Numbered from the stretch's first letter, positions 21,205-29,935 are shown. The stretch is DNA of 64,000 nt from an uncultured Rickettsiales bacterium (GCA_934747265.1 CAKVGI010000006.1:10606-74605), one strand, 5' to 3'. The notes: generated from the letters alone by a model not told the origin. Program-made: numbers and translations.

Positions 21205-21540
21205 AACCCCCCTTACCCCCCTTATCAGGGGGGGGGATGAGAGGAGAAACTTTAAGAGCTATAATTTATGAAAGCCCCCTTACCCCCCTTATCAGGGGGG
21301 ATGAGAGGACTTTATCAGGGGGGGATGGAGGGTATCCTTATCAAGGGTGATAGAATTGCACCCCTTAACAGAGGCATCCTTATCAGGAGGTGGGAGGAAT
21401 ATCTCTTATCAGGGAGGACAGAGAGTATCCTTATCATGGTAGGGGTCTTAGAGAAACTTAGCATAGGGGAAATATAGAGACACCCCTTATCATGGTGGAT
21501 GAAGGAGTACACATTAGCATAAAATGATGTAGGGTATCAC
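21205..21540 (+). repeat. composite element A, short-unit arm
   Basis: CCCCCCTTACCCCCCTTATCAGGGGGGG, duplicated at ~21206 and ~21274. About 10 units of ~25 nt follow (CTTATCAGGGGGGATGGAGGGTATC) and decay outward. Confidence 0.85.
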
Positions 21541-21689
21541 CAAGCATAGATTAGAACAAGATATTATCAATAACTTATTTATAAAAATGTAAGCACATTA
21601 AAGGCTAACAATACCAAATAAAATTATAAATATTTATTGATTTTAAAGTAGGATTTTTTATTATTATATAAACTTTGAAAAATAATATT

Positions 21690-24074
21690 ATGAAATTTAA
21701 AAACAGCAAACTTACTACTTTTTTAAGAACCAAAAATTATTTATTTGGAATATTTTGGATACTGGTTTCAATTACTATTTTTGTTTCTGTATTTTCATAT
21801 AGTGAAAACGATCCATCTTTCAATAATATTTCAACGCATAAAGAAATACATAATTATCTAGGCGTATTTGGTTCGTATTTTGCCGATCTACTAGTTCAAT
21901 TAATTGGTATGGTATCTGTATTGATTGGATTAGTATTTTTTATTTTGGGAATTAAAATTATTTTAAACAAAATAATATATAATAAATTACAAAAATTTTT
22001 GTCATTTTTTGGCATCTTAATATCGTCATCAATTATTTTTGATAATTTGCTTGCTTGTAAATATTGTGAATTTGGTAAGTGTGGTGGTATTTTGGGAAAG
22101 TTTTTCTCTGAATCTGTATATTATGATGCTCCACAGTATTCCATAATAACTCTATGTTTAATAATTTTTCTTATATCTTTATCATATTTTATAGATATTA
22201 GAAAAAATTGGTGGTTGGTTAAAACGGCAAAAATATACAGATTATGCAAAAGTATTATAAAATTTATTTTAAATGGCATTAAATTTTTCTTTAAATTATT
22301 CACTACTAAATCTTTCAGACTTTCGTTAAGAAATATATTTACAAAAAATAAAGGTGAATATGTTTTAGTTGAAGAGGAAGATGAAGAAGATAAGGAAACA
22401 ATTGGAGAAGATAGCACTTCAAACGATATTTTACCACAAAAAGAAGAAAAAAAATTATTTAGTCTTTTTATTAAAAATGAAAATAAAAAGGAAGAAAAGA
22501 AAAAAAATAAAGAAAATATAGAGAAAATCAAAACAAAAACAGAAAAACAAGATAAATACATATTACCAAATATTTCCTTGTTAAATAAAAATAACAATAA
22601 AAACAAAATTTCTATTTCAAGAGATGAATTATTGGAACAATCAAAAAAATTAATTAGCGTATTAAAAGATTTTGGTGTGAAGGGTGAAATGATTAGTGTA
22701 AAAGCTGGTCCAATTATCACTTTGCATGAGTTTGAGCCATCAGCAGGAACAAAATCTTCAAGAGTAATCGGGCTTGCCGATGATATAGCTAGATCAATGA
22801 GTGCTACATCTGCTAGAATTTCAGTTATACCAGGAAAAAATGCTATGGGTGTTGAATTACCTAATAAACAAAGAGAAACAATTTTTATAAGAGATTTATT
22901 GGAGTCAAATGAGTATAGAAATAGCAAAGCACAATTACCAATAATTATAGGTAGTGATATTGCTGGCGAGGCTGTAATTGCAGATTTAGCAAAAATGCCA
23001 CATTTATTAGTAGCTGGTACAACTGGTTCTGGAAAATCTGTTGCTATAAATACTATGATTACGTCTTTACTCTATAAAATGACACCCGATCAATGCAAAT
23101 TCATAATGATTGATCCCAAAATGCTTGAATTGTCCGTTTATGAGGGAATACCGCACCTCTTAACACCAGTTGTTACGGAACCTTTAAAAGCTATAACAGC
23201 CTTAAAGTGGGTATGCAGAGAAATGGAAGATAGATATAGAATTATGGCCAGTTTAGGTGTTAGAAATATTGCTGGTTATAACGAAAAGCTAAATAATGCA
23301 ATTAAAAATGGAACAAAATTAACAAGAAGAGTGCAAGTTGGTTTTGATAGTGAAACGGATGAACCAATTTATGAAGAGAAAGAAATTGAAGAAAAAGAAA
23401 TGCCTTACATTGTTGTAATCGTTGATGAGATGGCGGATTTAATGATTACAGCAGGAAAAGAAATTGAAGCTTCTATTCAAAGAATTGCACAAAAAGCTAG
23501 GGCGGCAGGTATTCATATAATTATGGCAACACAAAGACCATCGGTTGATGTTATTACTGGTGTTATTAAAGCTAATTTCCCAACTCGTATGAGTTTTCAG
23601 GTTGTTTCAAAAATTGATAGTAGAACCATTTTAGGAGAACAAGGGGCTGAACAATTATTGGGTATGGGTGATATGCTATTTATGGCAGGCGGTGGAAAGA
23701 TTATTAGAGCGCATGGTCCATTTGTCTCTGATGATGAAGTTGAAAAAATCGTCAATTTTATTAAATCACAAGAATTTAAGCCAAATTATGTTGATGAAGT
23801 CCTTAAAAATGATGATGAATTTAGTAGCGATGATGTAAGTAGTGGTTCTAATAGTGGTTTAGATGAAATTGATGGCGAAAAAAATTTATACCAACAAGCA
23901 TTAAATATAATCAAAAGAGATAGAAAATGTAGCATTAGCTATATTCAAAGACAATTAAGAATTGGATACAATAAAGCAGCAAATATTATTGAAGAAATGG
24001 AACGCGATGGAATTTTAAGTAGCCCTGGTAATACCGGAAAAAGAGAAATTTTAATTAAAGATGATGGTAAATAA
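21690..24074 (+). CDS. ftsK: DNA translocase FtsK
   Basis: N-terminal TM domain, charged linker, Walker A AGTTGSGKSV, Walker B VVIVDEMADL, and a gamma winged helix SISYIQRQLRIGYNKAANIIEEME. Start at ATG 21690. Confidence 0.95.
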   Translation: MKFKNSKLTTFLRTKNYLFGIFWILVSITIFVSVFSYSENDPSFNNISTHKEIHNYLGVFGSYFADLLVQLIGMVSVLIGLVFFILGIKIILNKIIYNKLQKFLSFFGILISSSIIFDNLLACKYCEFGKCGGILGKFFSESVYYDAPQYSIITLCLIIFLISLSYFIDIRKNWWLVKTAKIYRLCKSIIKFILNGIKFFFKLFTTKSFRLSLRNIFTKNKGEYVLVEEEDEEDKETIGEDSTSNDILPQKEEKKLFSLFIKNENKKEEKKKNKENIEKIKTKTEKQDKYILPNISLLNKNNNKNKISISRDELLEQSKKLISVLKDFGVKGEMISVKAGPIITLHEFEPSAGTKSSRVIGLADDIARSMSATSARISVIPGKNAMGVELPNKQRETIFIRDLLESNEYRNSKAQLPIIIGSDIAGEAVIADLAKMPHLLVAGTTGSGKSVAINTMITSLLYKMTPDQCKFIMIDPKMLELSVYEGIPHLLTPVVTEPLKAITALKWVCREMEDRYRIMASLGVRNIAGYNEKLNNAIKNGTKLTRRVQVGFDSETDEPIYEEKEIEEKEMPYIVVIVDEMADLMITAGKEIEASIQRIAQKARAAGIHIIMATQRPSVDVITGVIKANFPTRMSFQVVSKIDSRTILGEQGAEQLLGMGDMLFMAGGGKIIRAHGPFVSDDEVEKIVNFIKSQEFKPNYVDEVLKNDDEFSSDDVSSGSNSGLDEIDGEKNLYQQALNIIKRDRKCSISYIQRQLRIGYNKAANIIEEMERDGILSSPGNTGKREILIKDDGK

Positions 24075-24136
24075 GAATATATTCACTGCCCTACTCTATT
24101 AAAAAATCCATAAATTTTTAAACCATATCTACTCTT

Positions 24137-24751
24137 TTAATATGGTTTTACAATGTCAAATATTGTCTCTCTAATTTGACTTATACCCAAATTCTCCTTA
24201 CTACTTGCAAATAATACTTCATTAAACAAAGCTGGATGTTTTTTAAAAGTGTCATTCATATTTTCAACTTTAACTTGTAGTTCAGTTGGTTTAATTTCGT
24301 CTATCTTTGTTAAAATAATTTGATACAATATTCCGCGACTATCCAAAATATTCATCATTTCCTCATCGTTTTCTTTAAGACCATGTCTACTATCTATTAG
24401 CAAAAAAACCCTTTCTAAATTTCTCCGACTTAATAAATAATTAAAAATTAAATTATTCCAATTTTCAACTTCATTTCTACTAGCTTTTGCATATCCATAT
24501 CCAGGCATATCAACTATTGTCAATTTGTCTTTTATTTGAAAAAAATTTAATTGTTTTGTTCTGCCAGGCGTTTTTGAAACTATCGCTATTTTAGAATTTG
24601 TAATTGCATTTATTAGACTAGATTTTCCAACATTTGACCTTCCTATAAAAGCAATTTCTTTTATATTATTTATTGGTAAATCTTTTTCTGATATCGCACC
24701 AGCTTTAAAAACTGGCGGATTTTTTATAAAAAATTCATCAATTTTATTCAT
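24137..24751 (-). CDS. engB: ribosome biogenesis GTPase EngB/YihA
   Basis: G1 GRSNVGKSSLINAI, G3 DMPGYG and G4 TKIDE. Confidence 0.9.
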   Translation of the reverse strand: MNKIDEFFIKNPPVFKAGAISEKDLPINNIKEIAFIGRSNVGKSSLINAITNSKIAIVSKTPGRTKQLNFFQIKDKLTIVDMPGYGYAKASRNEVENWNNLIFNYLLSRRNLERVFLLIDSRHGLKENDEEMMNILDSRGILYQIILTKIDEIKPTELQVKVENMNDTFKKHPALFNEVLFASSKENLGISQIRETIFDIVKPY

Positions 24752-24752
24752 A

Positions 24753-26039
24753 TTATTCCTTCCATTTTAGAGAATCTAGACTTCCACAATTATTACATTC
24801 TGGTTGCCATTTTATATATTCCCTATTACAAATACTACACTTCCAGCAAGAATCTTTTAGTTTTAAAAGTTTTTGTTTGATATTACTAATGATAGCGGAA
24901 CTACCGCCATCTTCCTGTTCTATTTGAAGTATAAATTCATACAATGTCTTCGTTTCATTTATTTCGCCAGCTAATTTTGCATATTTTCTAGCTTTTGAAT
25001 ATATTTTTTCTTTCAAATAACCCATTGCCATAAATAAATTGCCCTCAAAACTTTTTGTATTTAAACTATATAAGATTTTATAAGGTTTAATTGAATCAGC
25101 TTCTTTTGTTGATAGCAATGAAAAATAAAGCGTTGCTAATTTTGGATTAGGATTATTTTTCCAAGTTTTTTTAATTAAATCTATCGCCTTCAATCTTTTA
25201 CCAAGAGTTATATAAGTTTCAATCAACAAAATAGTTGCTTGAATATAGTATGCATCAATCTTATAAGCTTTTCTCAATACTGTCTTTGCTTTAAAAAATT
25301 CTTGATTATCATAATAATATTTTCCCAATGCAGTGTACAAAAATAATACATGTTCTTTTGATTTTGTTTCTGTAATTAGTCCAATTTTTAAAGAAATATC
25401 TAGAATCTTATTTGCTTTTTCCCATTCTTTTTGCTTTGTATATGAATATAAAAGAGAATTTAAAGCATCGCTATTTGTTGGTTCCATTTTGATTATTTTT
25501 TCAGCATATTCTTGAATTTTTTCTAAATCATTATTATTTTTTGCTGATTTAAGTTTTTCTGTCAACGTAATAAAATCAAGATTTATAGCTTTATTTTTTA
25601 TTTCTTTAAATTTTTTTTCAGATTTATCAAAATCACCTTTCATATAAAAAATCTGAGATTCTAATAATTTTGACAAATTCGTTTCCTGAAATATTTTATT
25701 GGCTTTTTTTAGCCTAGAAAATGCTTCTTTCGTATTTTTTGTAGCTTTAAATATAAATCCTTCTGTTATTAAATTTATATATTCATTAAATTTCTGCTCA
25801 CATTTAGCTTGTTTTTTCTTATATTTATTCAAATTTGGATAAAATATAGTATTTAAAATATAAAAACAAAAATAGCACAATAAGATTATACTTGCTGTTA
25901 AAAATAATAAAAAGCCAATACTAGTGATTATTTCATAATCTGTTGTTTTTATAATCACTTCACTATCAAAACTTAATATTTTATCAATAGAAATTGATAT
26001 AAATAATATAAATGCTATAAATAATATTTTCTTAATCAT
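24753..26039 (-). CDS. HemY-N-domain/TPR inner-membrane protein (HemY-like)
   Basis: Two N-terminal TM helices, TPR-like repeats and a C-terminal zinc ribbon CWKCSIC...W..CNNCG. Lies directly downstream of the Mic60-like gene. Confidence 0.7.
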   Translation of the reverse strand: MIKKILFIAFILFISISIDKILSFDSEVIIKTTDYEIITSIGFLLFLTASIILLCYFCFYILNTIFYPNLNKYKKKQAKCEQKFNEYINLITEGFIFKATKNTKEAFSRLKKANKIFQETNLSKLLESQIFYMKGDFDKSEKKFKEIKNKAINLDFITLTEKLKSAKNNNDLEKIQEYAEKIIKMEPTNSDALNSLLYSYTKQKEWEKANKILDISLKIGLITETKSKEHVLFLYTALGKYYYDNQEFFKAKTVLRKAYKIDAYYIQATILLIETYITLGKRLKAIDLIKKTWKNNPNPKLATLYFSLLSTKEADSIKPYKILYSLNTKSFEGNLFMAMGYLKEKIYSKARKYAKLAGEINETKTLYEFILQIEQEDGGSSAIISNIKQKLLKLKDSCWKCSICNREYIKWQPECNNCGSLDSLKWKE

Positions 26040-26973
26040 ACTCTCTATTTGCTAAATTATTAATCATTTTATTTATAGTATTATTTACTAATACATAAAT
26101 TTTTACATCCTCCACGGTTTGTCTAAAATATTTTATATAATCCGTATTTTCCTCAAGTAATTGCAAAGCCTCATTATAATTTTTAATATTTAACAAATTT
26201 TCAGCATCAAATATAAATTTATCTGGCGAATTTTCTGACGGATTATTGATTTTTCTAATTGCAACAAAATTAGAAACAAACTTAGCAAATATATTATTAC
26301 TTTTTTTCAATATATTATAATCTTTTAGAAAAATCTTTGATTCTTCACTAAATGTCTTTGATATATTTGTAATATTTACTATATTTTGTTCATATTTTTT
26401 TAGAACATCAATATCATTATTCATAATATCAATTCCATTAATATTTTCTAAATCAGCCAATAAACCGCTATAATTCTTACCATTTTCAATACTATTTTGT
26501 ATATCAATTAATATTTTTACAGCATTCACAATTTTAATATTCACCTTATTATTTTGCTCCTCAACAAGATTTTCCAACCCTTTAATTTTTGTTTCAAGAG
26601 ACCTTATATATTCATTATCATAAGACAACTTTTGTTCCAAATCATATATATTGTCTTGAAGATTTTTAACCTCCAAACTATTATTCTTATAATCTCTTGT
26701 GTTTGTATTAATATCCTTTACGTCCTTATCTTTCTTATTACCAAAATTATAAAATTTAATAAAAAGCACAATCGCTAAAATTATAACAGCAAATACAACT
26801 GAAAATTTAGAATAATTTAAAACAAATTTCTTTTTTTGCTCTTCTGCATTTTTATTTTCAACTTTATTAACATCATTTTTTAATTCACTTGATGCTATAT
26901 TTTTACTAGTAGTATTCTGTTTTTTTGTCTTATTATTGTTCATTTCAAACATACATATTACATTAGCTATCAA
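26032..26973 (-). CDS. Mic60/mitofilin-like (HemX-like) membrane protein
   Basis: One TM (FSVVFAVIILAIVLFIKF), then a coiled coil. The C-terminal segment FVAIRKINNPSENSPDKFIFDAENLLNIKNYNEALQLLEE fits the bacterial mitofilin-domain pattern. Synteny with the HemY-like gene supports the call. Confidence 0.5.
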   Translation of the reverse strand: MIANVICMFEMNNNKTKKQNTTSKNIASSELKNDVNKVENKNAEEQKKKFVLNYSKFSVVFAVIILAIVLFIKFYNFGNKKDKDVKDINTNTRDYKNNSLEVKNLQDNIYDLEQKLSYDNEYIRSLETKIKGLENLVEEQNNKVNIKIVNAVKILIDIQNSIENGKNYSGLLADLENINGIDIMNNDIDVLKKYEQNIVNITNISKTFSEESKIFLKDYNILKKSNNIFAKFVSNFVAIRKINNPSENSPDKFIFDAENLLNIKNYNEALQLLEENTDYIKYFRQTVEDVKIYVLVNNTINKMINNLANREYD

Positions 26974-27069
26974 AATAATAATAAATATTTTTATTTTTTA
27001 CAAGTTTTATTATTGATATTATGTGTACTGATAATTTTTTGTTTAATTTTAATTATTGTAGTGCTAAAA

Positions 27070-27385
27070 AATTGACTAAAATATTTTTTATCACTCTTTG
27101 TAAGGTGATTGATAACCATTTATTTGTTTTATTATAAAATAAAACAAATAAATAATTAAAATTGAAAATATAAAGTTTAAATTTAAAATTAATAATTTAG
27201 AATTAAGAATAATAATATATTAAATATAATTTAAAAACAATTAATATTTAACTCCTTCACCTTTCTTATCAGAAGTGGTGATGTGGGTTCTTTATTAACA
27301 AGAGGGAATAGAGAGTATCCCTAATATGCCCTTGATATAGTGGATAAAGGTTATTCTTAGTGTAGGAAATAAGGAAAATATATTT
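27070..27385 (+). repeat. composite element B (strongly AT-decayed copy, same orientation as A)
   Basis: Retains ATTGAC..CTCTTTGTAAGGTGATTGATAAC, the AT palindrome TTTGTTTTATTATAAAATAAAACAAA, ATTGAAAAT, GAATTAAGAAT, and about four decayed CTTATCAG-type units. Confidence 0.65.
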
Positions 27386-27635
27386 CGTAGAAATCTAGAT
27401 ATTTTATATCCGAAATTTACTAAAAATAACAAAAGATATAATAAAGTAATATATGGATTAGAATATGGTTTATATTTGATAAAATATATATATTGGAAAT
27501 ATGATAATTAAGTTCTATATAAAAAACGATACAATATTTAAATATTATTAACGTATATATAAAGAAATAACACTTTAATAAAAAGAAACAAAAAAACTAA
27601 GCATTCCATTATTAAGCTCATACAGCCAAACTACA

Positions 27636-28247
27636 TTATTTGCAATAATTTTTTAATATAAAATCAATTCCAGATTTTTCATTTTGCAATTTTGCTTTAA
27701 GTGAATTAAAATATTTAGCTGAATAGATTGGATCTTCTGAATTAAATAATGCAGAATGCAATAGTTTAAAGTCATCAAAATGACAATGAACATGCAAAGG
27801 TAAACAATTATCTTTTGTTGTTTTGCCTCCACGTGCGAATGGTTGTATATGATGTCCAGTTAAAGTATGAATGTTTGTAATATCTAGTGGTTTAAAACAC
27901 ATTGGACATATATAATTAAATTCTTCACAGCTTCTTAATATTTGATTTTTACTGAAACATCTAGCATTTATATTTTCTGTAAAATTAGATAAAAGTTGAG
28001 AATAACATCTATGTTTTGTAGCAATTTTTTTAATATGTTCGCTTGGAACATTGAAATATTTTACCATAAATTTTAATGATACAGAATATTTTATTAAAAA
28101 TAAAATTTCCTTTTCGTATTCGTATTCAGTTGTATCCTTGCAATTATTTTCACATTTTTGTAAGAAATAATCCTTAACCTGTTCTATATTTCTTATTACT
28201 CGTTCTTTTTGTTCTTCTTTTAGAAATTTTACGGTTAAATCTCTCAT
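27636..28247 (-). CDS. HNH endonuclease domain protein
   Basis: CPMCFKPL...TGHHIQPFARGGKTTKDNCLPLHVHCH is a CxxC...HH..P..GG...N...L..CH HNH core. The N-terminal ~120 aa are unassigned. Confidence 0.7.
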   Translation of the reverse strand: MRDLTVKFLKEEQKERVIRNIEQVKDYFLQKCENNCKDTTEYEYEKEILFLIKYSVSLKFMVKYFNVPSEHIKKIATKHRCYSQLLSNFTENINARCFSKNQILRSCEEFNYICPMCFKPLDITNIHTLTGHHIQPFARGGKTTKDNCLPLHVHCHFDDFKLLHSALFNSEDPIYSAKYFNSLKAKLQNEKSGIDFILKNYCK

Positions 28248-28297
28248 GACAACTTAAAAAGATAAAATTATTAGATTTTTACTATATTGAAATTAAA

Positions 28298-28374
28298 TGG
28301 TGGAGACTAAGAGATTCGAACTCTCGACCCTCTGCGTGCAAGGCAGATGCTCTAGCCAACTGAGCTAAGTCCCC
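28298..28374 (-). tRNA. tRNA-Ala (anticodon UGC)
   Basis: A 77-nt cloverleaf. Acceptor GGGGACT/AGTCTCC with a G3:U70 pair, anticodon arm TCTGC-CTTGCAC-GCAGA, encoded CCA. Confidence 0.9.
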
Positions 28375-28458
28375 ATATAGAAATTATATTATCGGCTTTT
28401 TTAATTGTCAATAGATTTTAATATCAAAAATTAAAAAAATTTATATCATTTTAAAATA

Positions 28459-29151
28459 TTAAAAACCTGCCTGCAAAGCTATCGCTGTTAATTTTTCCAT
28501 TTTTCCATATTCGTCTTCTGTATGTTTATCATTAACATTGGAAGCTATTATTTTACCACTCAATGGTTTACCATCATCAAATTTTTTATCAATATTATAG
28601 CCATCTTTCGCATAAAATGGTATAGTTTTTTTACCAACGCCTCTGTGCATTCTTATAAAATGCTGCCCATAATCAAAATTATTATATTCAATTTTAGTTT
28701 GATTATTAAAATAAACCTCAAAACCTAAATGCTTAAAATTCTTACTTGGTAACATACCATACGACCATTCTATAACTCCGCCACCACAGTCAGGTGTTTG
28801 TGGCTTAAAATCGGTAATTTTGGCGAGATATAGTTCAACTTGCGGACCATGTCTAGTCATTGGTAAACCACATTTATTAGTTGTAAAATCACCACCAAAT
28901 GTATTATTATCATATATTTGATCAGCATGTAAACCAATTTGATTATTATTTTTTAAATCACCAGGTAATCTATTTTTTAAAGCTTTAAATGCAAATATTC
29001 CTTGTTTAAAATTTTGAATTTCTGTCATAGTGCCATTTATTTTTGCATTATAAATCAAACTCTGTCCACCAGTAATACCAGCCACCAATAATCCAATTAT
29101 TATAAGAACAATAGATAATTCTATAAGTGAAAAAGCTTTATTATTGTTCAT
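28459..29151 (-). CDS. prepilin-type N-terminal domain protein (type IV pilin / T2SS pseudopilin-like)
   Basis: MNNNKAFSLIELSIVLIIIGLLVAGITGG is a class III signal with FSLIE and the hydrophobic alpha1 helix. Position -1 is Ala rather than Gly. Start chosen at 29151. Confidence 0.7.
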   Translation of the reverse strand: MNNNKAFSLIELSIVLIIIGLLVAGITGGQSLIYNAKINGTMTEIQNFKQGIFAFKALKNRLPGDLKNNNQIGLHADQIYDNNTFGGDFTTNKCGLPMTRHGPQVELYLAKITDFKPQTPDCGGGVIEWSYGMLPSKNFKHLGFEVYFNNQTKIEYNNFDYGQHFIRMHRGVGKKTIPFYAKDGYNIDKKFDDGKPLSGKIIASNVNDKHTEDEYGKMEKLTAIALQAGF

Positions 29152-29317
29152 TTTTATTATTATCATTATAAAATACTAAAAAATGATTAATACATATGAT
29201 ATAATTGTAAACTATAATATTATATTTTTCAAGTTGATTATGTTATATGAGAATATTAGTATTGTTAGTTTTATATATATTGTTTAATTTTTATTTTAAT
29301 ATAATTTATTAAAGACT

Positions 29318-29935
29318 CATTATTTTTTCCTCACTGATAAGGATATATTCCCTCTATTCCATTTCCTGTTAATGGATACCCTCCAATCCCCCCTGATAAG
29401 GGGGGTAAGGGGGGTTTTAAATTACCTGATTACATTAAATTACATTTATTTATATCATAATTGTTTAATATGCAATATATTTATTATTTTTTGTTATATT
29501 TTATTATTCTTTGTTCTTTATTTTAAATTATTAATTTTAAATTTAATATACTTGATTTAATGTTTTTAATTTTAAATCTTAAATCCTTAATTTTATATTT
29601 TTTAATTTTTAATTTTCAATTATCCATTTGTTTTATTATAAAACAAATACCATCAACCCCCCTGTCAGTCTACGACTGACTCCCCCCTTATCAGGGGGGG
29701 CGGGGAGGGGATACATTGACTTCGTCAGCTCCCCCCTTACGAAGGGGGGCGAAGAGAGAGAATATTCTACGATTAACTTCCCTCTTACAAGGAGGCAAAG
29801 ATGGAATATATTGACTTTGTTAGCCTTTCCCCTTACAAAATTTGGTAAAGAAGGGGTATTCCACGACTAGTTTTTTCCTTACAAAGTGGAATAAGGAAAG
29901 GTTCTTTACGTTAACTTCATTTTATTATTGACTTC
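29318..29935 (-). repeat. composite element C (inverted relative to A)
   Basis: Short-unit arm 29318-29416 (..CCCCCCTGATAAGGGGGGTAAGGGGGG), core 29417-29655 with conserved ends, long-unit arm 29656-29935 (CCCCCCTGTCAGTCTACGACTGAC..GGGGATACATTGACTTCGTCAGC..) decaying outward. Confidence 0.85.

Noticed and set aside
20748-21512. ORF-track entries 20748-21002 (-), 21268-21477 (+) and 21315-21512 (-) inside element A. Similar entries lie at 29372-29560, 29628-29870, 62273-62464 and 63712-63897.
   Set aside because: They are translations of tandem G/C-hairpin repeats, giving periodic peptides such as PPLRRRAGRGYIDYIS. They have no plausible start context and differ between element copies by indels that break the frames.
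20535-21540. CRISPR array interpretation of the repeat arms.
   Set aside because: The units are contiguous tandem repeats with no unique spacers. The unit sequence itself decays along the array. No cas genes are in the window.
21205-21540. Chromosomal origin or DnaA-box cluster, because CTTATC resembles part of TTATCCACA; alternatively, plasmid iterons next to an AT-rich region.
   Set aside because: The motif is CTTATCAGGGG, not a DnaA box. The structure occurs at least seven times in 64 kb in both orientations. No dnaA, rep or par genes are adjacent.
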